Positions 1 to 9,697 of a stretch of 64,000 nt of DNA are shown piece by piece; the first letter of the stretch is position 1, and each line of letters opens with the position of its first letter. The stretch comes from Azolla caroliniana (taxonomy: Eukaryota; Plantae; Polypodiophyta), in contig JBHGNT010000015.1 in assembly GCA_043228905.1 (NCBI GenBank), positions 5,208,001 through 5,272,000 of the forward strand, written 5' to 3'. Made by a program: the position numbers and the translations under genes. The notes beneath the pieces were generated by a model, which saw only the letters and a program-made list of their open reading frames with translations, was not told where the DNA came from and searched no databases.

Positions 1-1189
1 CATTACACTATCTACTCCGTTATTCGAAATCCATATAGTACATGTTTGATAGGAGATGTTGTCTCATGCGTGTATCAGGTCAATGGCTCAAACCTCATGT
101 TTCATATACCCCTCCGGTCGCCGAGTGTCCGTAGAGCCCAAAGGCGTTTATTACGCGTCTCGATTGCATCGTCATTGGATTGCGTCTTTGTTTAAGATCC
201 GTTTATGTATGCATATGGATGGGATCGCGTGTATGCCTATGCGATGTTATACATGTCCTAGACATGTAGTGTGCATGTTCAGAATTTGTTATACGATATC
301 GGTATCATATGCATGATGGTGTGTGTTTCGGGGTTTAGGGTCGCGGTGCCCACCCTCGCATTTCTGTGGGGAAGGTGCGGTGACCATCCTTATTTAACGA
401 AATTAGTGCTACTACCCTCGGTCGCCCCGATTGTGCCATATGTAAAAATTGCGCAAAGCATGGCCACGGTCGGTGTATGTTGCCTTGGATCATGGTGTCT
501 TGCCCATTCCCCGCCCATTTAAGGGGAATTAGGGTTAGACCCACTTCTCATTGGGTCGCCCTTACGAATCCCGCATCGAGTCTCCCGCGTTCGTTACTTG
601 ATTAGGGGGGCGTCACGAGACCATCATTGTGAAACGCATTGGTCATGAGATAACCATGTGACGGGCCACACTAGCTTCAATGCGGAGAAGAGGGCGCGTG
701 TCGGCGTGGCCATTCGGTTGCTCATTAGTGTGTGCCATTGTCATGACGAGACTCGAGGTTGGGTAACGTGAAAACGTAGTTACCTAGATGCAACGATGCG
801 GAACATATTTCCTTGAGGTTTACGCGCGCCGGTCGTTCAAGTAATTGTAAATTCTCTTTCCCTCGACATGCAGTGGGGCCTAATGATTTACTACGTGCAG
901 ACGGGTGGATCTCCATTACAATTCTCGCTCGATTCGGGAAGCTCACACGATTTCGTGAACGTTCGTTTGGTTCAGATATGGGGGCTTATAACCACCAATA
1001 ACGAATCGCACCTATAAGGTGCACTTGGCGATGGGAGAGTATGTATATCCCGACTTGGTATAGGGATGGATAATAGGGTGGCTACAACCAAACAACAACA
1101 AATGTGGTCCCCACGATCGGCCAAGGTGGTTTCGATGCAATGAGAGGACAAAAGTTTGCTTTAAATGTTGAGATGATTATATAACGTAT

Positions 1190-1230
1190 ATCCCACATGG
1201 TGAGGCATGTTAGGGTGCAGCCTATAAGAA
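1190..1230 (+). promoter_or_regulatory. snRNA promoter of U2: USE (ATCCCACATGG, 1190-1200) + TATA (TATAAG, 1223)
   Basis: Matches the plant USE consensus RTCCCACATCG with one mismatch. TATA lies 33 nt upstream of the U2 start. Confidence 0.85.
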
Positions 1231-1255
1231 GCAAATCGGTTCTTCAAGAGAACTC

Positions 1256-1461
1256 ATACCTTTCTCGGCCTTTTGGCTAAGATCAAGTGTAGTATCTGTT
1301 CTTATCAGTTTAATATCTGATACGCGGCCTATCAGGCCGCACGATATTAACCTAATTTCTTTCATGGGGGCAGCTCTCGCTCAAGGCAGCTTGCTGCATT
1401 TGGGAGTTGCGTGCGTCGCCTCAGCCTTGCACTGATGTTGAGGTCACATAGGCGCGCCCTC
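1256..1461 (+). ncRNA. U2: U2 spliceosomal snRNA (copy 1)
   Basis: ATACCTTTCTCGGCCTTTTGGCTAAGATCAAGTGTAGTATCTGTTCTTATCAGTTTAATATCTGATA is the conserved plant U2 5' end. Branch-point recognition GTAGTA at 1289-1294; TTGCAC loop of stem-loop IV. 3' end approximate. Confidence 0.97.
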
Positions 1462-1578
1462 ATTCTACAATGATAATAAAAATGAAGGAAGGTGTTACAT
1501 AGGCGCGCCCTCATTCTACAATGATAATAAAAATGAAGGGAGATGTTCCATAGGCGCGTCCCGCTTCTAATGATAATC
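1447..1578 (+). repeat. 51-bp tandem repeat (~2.5 copies) of the U2 3' end and downstream flank
   Basis: cataggcgcgccctcattctacaatgataataaaaatgaagg at 1447 and 1498, degenerate at 1549. Confidence 0.9.
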
Positions 1579-2273
1579 TAAAGGACGATGTCACGCGGAT
1601 GAACGTTCTAGATAAATGCATCTATCTTTTCCCACATTTCTTTAGGTACTAGAACGGAAGGCTTTCAACGCGCGGTGAACGTCCATGAATCGAGCAGAGA
1701 GACGAGCCAAACCGATGCCCGGGCTATAAAGAAGAACTATTGGAATGGGAGAGAAGATAAATGGAGGATGCGGCGGGCGTCCGCCTATGGTCGTTAGGCG
1801 TACGTATGTGGTCTCTCATGGTCCAAGGCAGAGAAGTGAACTAGATTTTACATCGACGCATGTGCAGCTCGTCGCGTGTATCCACTCAGAATTCTCTTCA
1901 CTCTTACCATGGGCACGCCATGTGCCACCTCCGGCCTATGACACGTGTATATCCTATACGTGTATATCCCCGCTCGATGGTTCTTTATACTCCTCTCGTT
2001 TCTCAGGGTAGTGGAAATCGGTGTTGTGTTGGTGTCCGAAACCATATTGTGCTTCCGCCAAATCATTTTGCATAATATGCATGGCCGAGGGAAGCCACCA
2101 AAAAATAAGATGCTTCCGCCAAGCAAAATGCCGAGGGACCCTTAGCGCAACCGACGCTTCCGCCAAACATGGCCAACTTGACGATCAAGCATAAGCGCAT
2201 CATTTGAGACGAATCCGCCATGAGCGACCAATGCTTCCGCCAAACGTGGACGACTTGATATCACTGGATTGAG

Positions 2274-2437
2274 ATGGGGGCCGCGCGAACGCGAGCCCCT
2301 GCTGTCACAAATTATGACGTGCACTCTCCCGCTTGGGGAGATGCTAGGGCAAGCAGTCCCTCCGGTGGTGCAATGGAGGCACCGGCCCTAAGCCATCGGC
2401 CTTCTTGATCACCGATTGACCCCGCCCAGGTAAGTAT
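2274..2437 (-). ncRNA. U1: U1 spliceosomal snRNA
   Basis: Minus strand reads ATACTTACCTGG... at the 5' end, then loop I GATCAAGAAG (U1-70K site), loop II ATTGCAC (U1A site), Sm site AATTTGTG and terminal hairpin GGGGCTCGCG-TTCG-CGCGGCCCC. About 164 nt. Confidence 0.96.
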
Positions 2438-2462
2438 GTTTTGGCTTAGCGCAACGCTCTCG

Positions 2463-2502
2463 TTTTATAGCCCCCTTGCTCTGCATCCTCTCTATGTGGG
2501 AC
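2463..2502 (-). promoter_or_regulatory. snRNA promoter of U1: USE (GTCCCACATAG, 2502-2492) + TATA (TATAAAA, 2469-2463)
   Basis: USE consensus with one mismatch. TATA lies 32 nt upstream of the U1 start. Confidence 0.87.
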
Positions 2503-4512
2503 GTTCTTATCTTGCGTCTGTGTATTCACCATGACACGCACGCACAACCGTCATCGCGCCACCATCCTCTCACGTCAATCTACCCACTCACTATTGGTGG
2601 TTCACTTTAACCTCGTCCATGTTTAGCCCCTTCACGTTTCCGTTCATATCTATAGATCGCACATCACACGCTCCAACCTCGCCTACCTTCTCCTTCTCGT
2701 AATTAATTTAAGTACAGCGGCTAGAGAGAAACCATGCGCGTCGTGACGTAGAACCGTGCGTCAATGGCCATGGGTTGCCGAAGCTGTAGAATAACAAAGG
2801 AGGGAAACACCGATGCGATGTCCATGTACAACCAACACGCTCGCACAATCCTTGAGCACTGGCCGAGACGTGAATCCACGCGTGCGTCGCTTGTGCAATC
2901 CCCGTCGACAGCCGAAGAACGTGAGGAGGATGAGGCGCATGTCTCACATCAGTCAATTTTGAGAATCACTTCCCGTCTCCCAAGCGCACAAATTGCGCAG
3001 ATATGAGGAGGAGATACAACGCTTTCTAAAAGTTCGGAACGTCGGGAGCAAGAACTTCAAGTCGTGCGTTGCAAGCCCGGAGGAAACATAAGACGAAGCA
3101 CGGAAATAGCAACAACGCAACCCTTGAGCTACATCAGGGTTGTTCTTCTGAATCATGTGCTTTATCGTCTTCTACATTATTTCTTCTCCCTTGCGTGTAC
3201 ATGTTGAAGCCATTATTTTAACGTATAGATCGTTAGATCATGTTGCCTTGGCCATACTTTATGCGTCGTATAAATCGTATGCGTGTTAAATGTATTGCTT
3301 GTGAGGTTTACGCCTACATTACGCATTACACTATCTACTCCGTTATTCGAAATCCATATAGTACATGTTTGATAGGAGATGTTGTCTCATGCGTGTATCA
3401 GGTCAATGGCTCAAACCTCATGTTTCATATACCCCTCCGGTCGCCGAGTGTCCGTAGAGCCCAAAGGCGTTTATTACGCGTCTCGATTGCATCGTCATTG
3501 GATTGCGTCTTTGTTTAAGATCCGTTTATGTATGCATATGGATGGGATCGCGTGTATGCCTATGCGATGTTATACATGTCCTAGACATGTAGTGTGCATG
3601 TTCAGAATTTGTTATACGATATCGGTATCATATGCATGATGGTGTGTGTTTCGGGGTTTAGGGTCGCGGTGCCCACCCTCGCATTTCTGTGGGGAAGGTG
3701 CGGTGACCATCCTTATTTAACGAAATTAGTGCTACTACCCTCGGTCGCCCCGATTGTGCCATATGTAAAAATTGCGCAAAGCATGGCCACGGTCGGTGTA
3801 TGTTGCCTTGGATCATGGTGTCTTGCCCATTCCCCGCCCATTTAAGGGGAATTAGGGTTAGACCCACTTCTCATTGGGTCGCCCTTACGAATCCCGCATC
3901 GAGTCTCCCGCGTTCGTTACTTGATTAGGGGGGCGTCACGAGACCATCATTGTGAAACGCATTGGTCATGAGATAACCATGTGACGGGCCACACTAGCTT
4001 CAATGCGGAGAAGAGGGCGCGTGTCGGCGTGGCCATTCGGTTGCTCATTAGTGTGTGCCATTGTCATGACGAGACTCGAGGTTGGGTAACGTGAAAACGT
4101 AGTTACCTAGATGCAACGATGCGGAACATATTTCCTTGAGGTTTACGCGCGCCGGTCGTTCAAGTAATTGTAAATTCTCTTTCCCTCGACATGCAGTGGG
4201 GCCTAATGATTTACTACGTGCAGACGGGTGGATCTCCATTACAATTCTCGCTCGATTCGGGAAGCTCACACGATTTCGTGAACGTTCGTTTGGTTCAGAT
4301 ATGGGGGCTTATAACCACCAATAACGAATCGCACCTATAAGGTGCACTTGGCGATGGGAGAGTATGTATATCCCGACTTGGTATAGGGATGGATAATAGG
4401 GTGGCTACAACCAAACAACAACAAATGTGGTCCCCACGATCGGCCAAGGTGGTTTCGATGCAATGAGAGGACAAAAGTTTGCTTTAAATGTTGAGATGAT
4501 TATATAACGTAT

Positions 4513-4553
4513 ATCCCACATGGTGAGGCATGTTAGGGTGCAGCCTATAAGAA
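4513..4553 (+). promoter_or_regulatory. USE + TATA of U2 copy 2
   Basis: Same sequence as 1190-1230, offset 3323. Confidence 0.85.
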
Positions 4554-4578
4554 GCAAATCGGTTCTTCAAGAGAACTC

Positions 4579-4784
4579 ATACCTTTCTCGGCCTTTTGGC
4601 TAAGATCAAGTGTAGTATCTGTTCTTATCAGTTTAATATCTGATACGCGGCCTATCAGGCCGCACGATATTAACCTAATTTCTTTCATGGGGGCAGCTCT
4701 CGCTCAAGGCAGCTTGCTGCATTTGGGAGTTGCGTGCGTCGCCTCAGCCTTGCACTGATGTTGAGGTCACATAGGCGCGCCCTC
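4579..4784 (+). ncRNA. U2: U2 spliceosomal snRNA (copy 2)
   Basis: Same sequence as copy 1, offset 3323. Confidence 0.97.
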
Positions 4785-5009
4785 ATTCTACAATGATAAT
4801 AAAAATGAAGGAAGGTGTTACATAGGCGCGCCCTCATTCTACAATGATAATAAAAATGAAGGGAGATGTTCCATAGGCGCGTCCCGCTTCTAATGATAAT
4901 CTAAAGGACGATGTCACGCGGATGAACGTTCTAGATAAATGCATCTATCTTTTCCCACATTTCTTTAGGTACTAGAACGGAAGGCTTTCAACGCGCGGTG
5001 AACGTCCAT

Positions 5010-5109
5010 NNNNNNNNNNNNNNNNNNNNNNNNNNNNNNNNNNNNNNNNNNNNNNNNNNNNNNNNNNNNNNNNNNNNNNNNNNNNNNNNNNNNNNNNNNN
5101 NNNNNNNNN
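5010..5109. other. Assembly gap (100 N)
   Basis: Run of n characters. Confidence 1.
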
Positions 5110-5171
5110 AAAAAATGCAAATAAATCCCTAAGAACAATAATACTAAAGAACTTTGAGTCTAGAATGTAAA

Positions 5172-6400
5172 TCAACTCCAATGAATTGAATCAAGTGGAT
5201 CTCCAAGGAGTGATGGGTCACCGAACCAAGTCGAGATGCGTTGCGGCAAGTGTGGAATCGTGGTGGCACCAATCGGTCGTATCCCTTTACGACACCAGAT
5301 TCTCTTGATGCCCATTTTCAGTTTGTCCTCTGTGGCCTCCTTTTCTTTCTTCAGCTGCTTGATGAGGTTTGCCGCTGTCGTCGCTTGCATTTCATACTCC
5401 ATAATCTGGCTTTGGTAGGTTGTTGTACGTTATCCAACACCATTTTTGACCGTTCGACCACCTAATGATGCTCCTACACCAGTTCCATCCTTTCCTTCAC
5501 CGCTTCCTCCAACAACTTCGTCATTGTTTCCACCATCAGTTGTCCTTGTTCCGTCAACGCCTCTGATTTGTTCTTCAACTCTATTCGGACCTCTCTAAGG
5601 TTTTCCTGCTTCCAGTTGTAGTATGTCTCCAACTTCTTATGATCCTAGTACAACTTATCGAAATCCTCTGTTTTTTGTTTGAGACGCCGACTGACTTGCG
5701 AACACAACCAATCATCCGTATCCTTCTCATGCCAGATTTCTTCCTTGAGCTGCTCAATTTCCGTCTCTGCCATTCCCTAAAGTTTGTCTTTTTCTTGCAA
5801 CAGATTCTCTTTCTCCTCCTTCAACCAGTCATTGTTGCCTTGTGTCTTCTAGAGTCTGTCTTTTGTCCTCCGTTTCTCTTCCTCGGCTATCTTCCGTAGT
5901 TCTTTTTTTCTCTCTCTACTAGTGCCACTTGCGTGACCAATTCTTCCTTGAGCTCTTCGATTTCTTTATTCCACTCGCGCTCTTTCTCCAGTGCCGTATT
6001 AGCCATTGGTTTTGCTTCTTTCATCGGAGCCGCTTCCCGTGTTCTTTTCGGTTCTACCGGCTCCGTCTATGTGATGGTGTTGTGGCCCATATTCACCATT
6101 ATGGCCACTAATTCCTTGGCCCTTGCCAACTCTTCTTCTAAAATCCAGATCTGATTTCGCGCCTTCTCCAATTCCTCGGTTACCGTAAATAACCTTTCTG
6201 TCAGGGTGGGTTCGCTTCTCCATACTTGTTGTTCCGCTTCCACTTGGTTAGCCAATTCGATAACTTGCCTGCCCAACCATTCCAACCATTGTCGGTAGGT
6301 TCCGCATTGATCAAGTACAACGAACTATTGTACTACCTCCAACATTACTTCATGCTCCTTCCCCAAGCTCGGTGTGGTCAGATCTTCCATCTCCAATTCC
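5172..6400 (-). pseudogene. Fragmented charged/coiled-coil ORF, probably retrotransposon-internal
   Basis: Minus ORFs 6067-6285 (EELEKARNQIWILEEELARAKE) and 5172-5402 (KQLKKEKEATEDKLK), broken by stops. No recognisable catalytic motif. Confidence 0.4.
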
Positions 6401-6639
6401 GGTGTCACGAAAATACGACGAGGATACGTGAACGTCGAGGCAAGACCCCAAGGCCTTTGACTAGAGGATATCAAATTCGTGTATTTATGTACTAAGAATT
6501 AACCGAAATGAGAAAGATTAACAAATTTCATTAACAAGTAGAAAGAAAGATTACAATTAATCCCAAGATTGGGATTACAAAAAGTTTGCTAATGGAGATG
6601 GCTAGAGTAATAGATTAGAAGAAATGAGATATGGATTTA

Positions 6640-6935
6640 ATTAGAATATTAGGGTTTTTAGCTTCAATTCGAAAATTAGGTTTTTGAGTTGTATGGCTTT
6701 GATTAGGAAATTAGGGGTTTTAGCTTCAATTCGAAAATTAGGGTTTTTGAGTTGTATGGCTTTGATTAGGAAATTAGGGTTTTATGAGTTGAATAGCTTC
6801 CGTATGGAAAATTAGGGTTATGAGTAAGATGGATTTTCTAAGGAATTTAGGATTTTTAGAGATCGCTTCCGTATGGAAATTATGGTTTTCTTGAGAGATA
6901 CCTTCCTTCCCCTCGTATGGAAATTAGGAATTATG
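6640..6935. repeat. Degenerate ~63-bp tandem repeats rich in ATTAGGGTTTT
   Basis: tagcttcaattcgaaaattagg...ttgattaggaaattaggg repeated; cttccgtatggaaa units follow. Confidence 0.65.
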
Positions 6936-7199
6936 AGTGATTAGCCCCCTTGATTCACAGATTCTTCTTCTTTTTTTCTCTCCTTCCCTTGCATGCGTCC
7001 CACATGGCCTTTACTTTAGTTTTCTTCACTTTACTTTAATTTGTTGCATGATCTCCACCTTTTTGTTGCACACCTTCCACATCACCTTTACTTTTTGCAT
7101 GCACTCCAACTTTAGTTGCTTGCATCCACATGGCCTTTACTTTAGTTCTCTTCACTTTACTTTAGTTTGTTGCATGATCCAATCTTCCGTCCGTTCGCG

Positions 7200-7592
7200 T
7201 CCAACCTCGTCCGGTAGCCGGTTCCGCCCGATCGTCGAATCCCTCGCCGGCCAGTTCCATTTTGCTTGCCGGCCGGTTCCGGTTTGCTTGCCGGTTCCGG
7301 TTCTGATTTTGCTTGCCGGTTCCGGTTCCGGTTTGATTGCCGACCGGTTCTGGTTCCTTGCCGGTTCCCATTCTCGTTTCGGTTTGCTTGTCAACCAGTT
7401 CCGGTTTGCTTACCTACCGGTTTCCGGATTCCGGATTCCGGATTTGCATACCGGTCGGTTTCCGGATTCCGGTTTTGCTTACCAGACGGTTTCCAGATTT
7501 GCATACCGGCCGGTTTCCGGATTCCGGTTTTGCTTACCGGCCAATTTCCGGATTTGCTTACCGGTCGGTTTCTAGATTTCGGTTTTGCTTAC
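7200..7592. repeat. CCGGTT/CCGGATT-rich minisatellite
   Basis: Repeated ccggtttccggattccggttttgcttaccgg units. Confidence 0.8.
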
Positions 7593-7599
7593 CCTAAAA

Positions 7600-7960
7600 T
7601 ATAGACAAGATAAACAATGGTGCACAGAGATTTACGTGGAAAACCATAAAACGGGGAAAAACCACGGGAACAGATTCTTCACTATATCTAGTGGATATAC
7701 AACACGGAGATGATTACAACACTCTATCGAGTGTATCAGCCTCACAGGGCTCTTCGCGTCTGTTGTTACGCACACAGCTATGGCGCAACTCTACCTTCTC
7801 TCTCTCACACTCTCTCTTGTCCACTGCACACCAAAAAAATGTTTGCCCTAGTTGCATATGTACTTACGCAGCTTTCTGGTTATTTACATACGTAGCCCTC
7901 ATGGGGCGCACACTAAGACTATTTACAAATATAGTCTCCCGAGTTGGCTATTTACACGAT
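7600..7960 (-). mobile_element. Partial copia LTR related to the LTR at 30911-31434
   Basis: Shares atttacgtggaaaacc...gggaaaa..ccacggg and ctatttacaaatatag motifs with that LTR. Confidence 0.6.
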
Positions 7961-8324
7961 TCCAGTTTCGGCCTCGACCGATACAACTCCGCTCCTGTTT
8001 TCCAATTCTTCGGCTGTCGGCTTTGCCACAATAATTGCAAGTTGCGGGCCTCGTTTGCCGACCTTGTTCGGCGTGGAAGCTCCCCCTTCTTTTGAAGGTT
8101 CCTCGATGGCTTCCGTGAAGGTTTGAGTTCCCTTCGTGTGATGGGCCGAATTGACCTCTTCTACCTTCGTGACCTCCTCCTCGGCCACCATTTGAATTCG
8201 AGAAGAACATTTGTCCTTCCGACGTCTTGCTTTTGGTTCGGATTGTTGGGACAAAGGTCGTCAGTGCGGAAGAACAAACAACATCTGTGATGTTGAAGGA
8301 CCTGTGTATGAGAATGAACAAGAT

Positions 8325-8415
<91 letters not shown>

Positions 8416-9697
8416 CACAAAGAAACGTTTTATTTCTTAATAGCAACAGTTACAAATGACAATCAACTACCACTAAAGGTTACAAAGTCACTTTATATAG
8501 TGACTATCCTAGGGCAACTGCCCTTTATGCTATTTACAGAAATAGCCCAAACTTGGGTTGTCCAAAGGGACAATGTGAATACGGCCATTATTCACGTATT
8601 CGACACTCCCCCGTAATGGGTGTATACATGGGTTATCTTAAATTACAGGTATATACAAGGTTTATCAGACATATCGGTTTTGTTCGACTTCCACGAGATT
8701 GCTCCATTGCCAAATTTGAAACAATATCCGGTTGTTGATTTCCGACTATCCACGCAATCGACGAAGTCCGAGTCGGTGTAACCGACTATGCCTGAGGTTG
8801 AGTTCGGGCCAAAAAGAATGTCGTGGTCTTTTGTGCCAGCTAGATATCTGAACACGTGCTTGACTGCGTTCTAGTGCGATCAGCCTGGGTTGTGCATGAA
8901 TCTGTTGACGACTCCTACGACGTGAGAAATATCAGGTCGTGTCACGACCATCACATACATAAGGGAACCGACTGCCGGTGCATACGGTACCGACTTCATA
9001 TCTTCCCCCTCCGAACTGGATGTCAGGCAGTCTCGCTGAGACAGCCTTCGGTTAATGGGGAGCGGGGTCGAAGCAGACTTGGCCGAGTGCATGTTGAAGC
9101 GTTCCAAGACACGTTTGATGTAGTCTATTTGAGACAAGAAAAGTTGTCGTTTATCACAATTCCGACTAATCTTCATACCAAGTACGTGTCTTGCCGGACC
9201 GAGGTCCTTCATGGCAAACTTCAACTGCAATTTCCGAACGAGTTCGGTGAGCTCTCCGGCATGTCGGCCGGAGAGTAGCATGTCATCCACGTAAATGATG
9301 AGAAAGACGGGAGACCCGTCTCGAGCTGTTTTGGTGAAGAGACAGTGGTCCTCATCGCTCTTGGAGAAGACGACCGACTGGATGAAGTCGTCAAACTTCT
9401 TGTACCATTGTCGGGGTGCCTGTTTTAGGTCGTATAAACTCTTCCTGAGTCGGCAGACTAGATGTTCCTAGCCGGATGCCACAAAGCCTTTCGGCTACTC
9501 CATATAGATTTCCTCTTGTAGGTCACCGTGGAGGAATGCCGTTTTTACATCTAGCTGAATCAGCTCCAAGTTGTCGGTGGCCACGACGCCGAGCATGAAA
9601 CGAAGGGTTGTCATTTTCACCATTGGTGAAAAGATTTCGTCGAAGTCGACGCCATATTCTTGTCGAAATCCCTTCACAACTAATCTGGCCTTGTACT

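Larger units (their letters stand above)
1..5009. repeat. 3323-bp tandem repeat unit (snRNA array): unit 1 = 1-3323, partial unit 2 = 3324-5009, cut by an assembly gap
   Basis: Sequence at 1 (cattacactatc) recurs at 3324. ORF-track entries repeat with offset 3323 (56/3379, 271/3594, 813/4136). No mismatch seen by eye over ~1.7 kb. Confidence 0.97.

Noticed and set aside
1630-1640. Third USE-like sequence TCCCACATTT
   Set aside because: No TATA at the expected distance and no recognisable RNA downstream.
2426-2445. CAG|GTAAGT perfect splice donor, suggesting an exon or spliced-leader RNA on the + strand
   Set aside because: It is the reverse complement of the U1 5' end (ATACTTACCTG); the full U1 structure lies on the minus strand.
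1-3323. U4, U5, U6, 5S rRNA or tRNA genes in the tandem unit
   Set aside because: No diagnostic motifs (e.g. U5 GCCTTTTAC loop, U6 ACAGAGA box in context, 5S start) found by eye on either strand. A cmscan is needed to exclude divergent RNAs.
56-4324. Short ORFs in the tandem unit
   Set aside because: 60-92 aa with no recognisable domains or splice structure; they recur only because the unit is repeated.
6640-6935. Interstitial telomeric repeat
   Set aside because: TTAGGG words are isolated within longer repeat units, not a (TTTAGGG)n array.
6937-8616. Long low-complexity ORFs (poly-SL/ER, FRFRF-type)
   Set aside because: Artefacts of stop-free microsatellite and minisatellite sequence.
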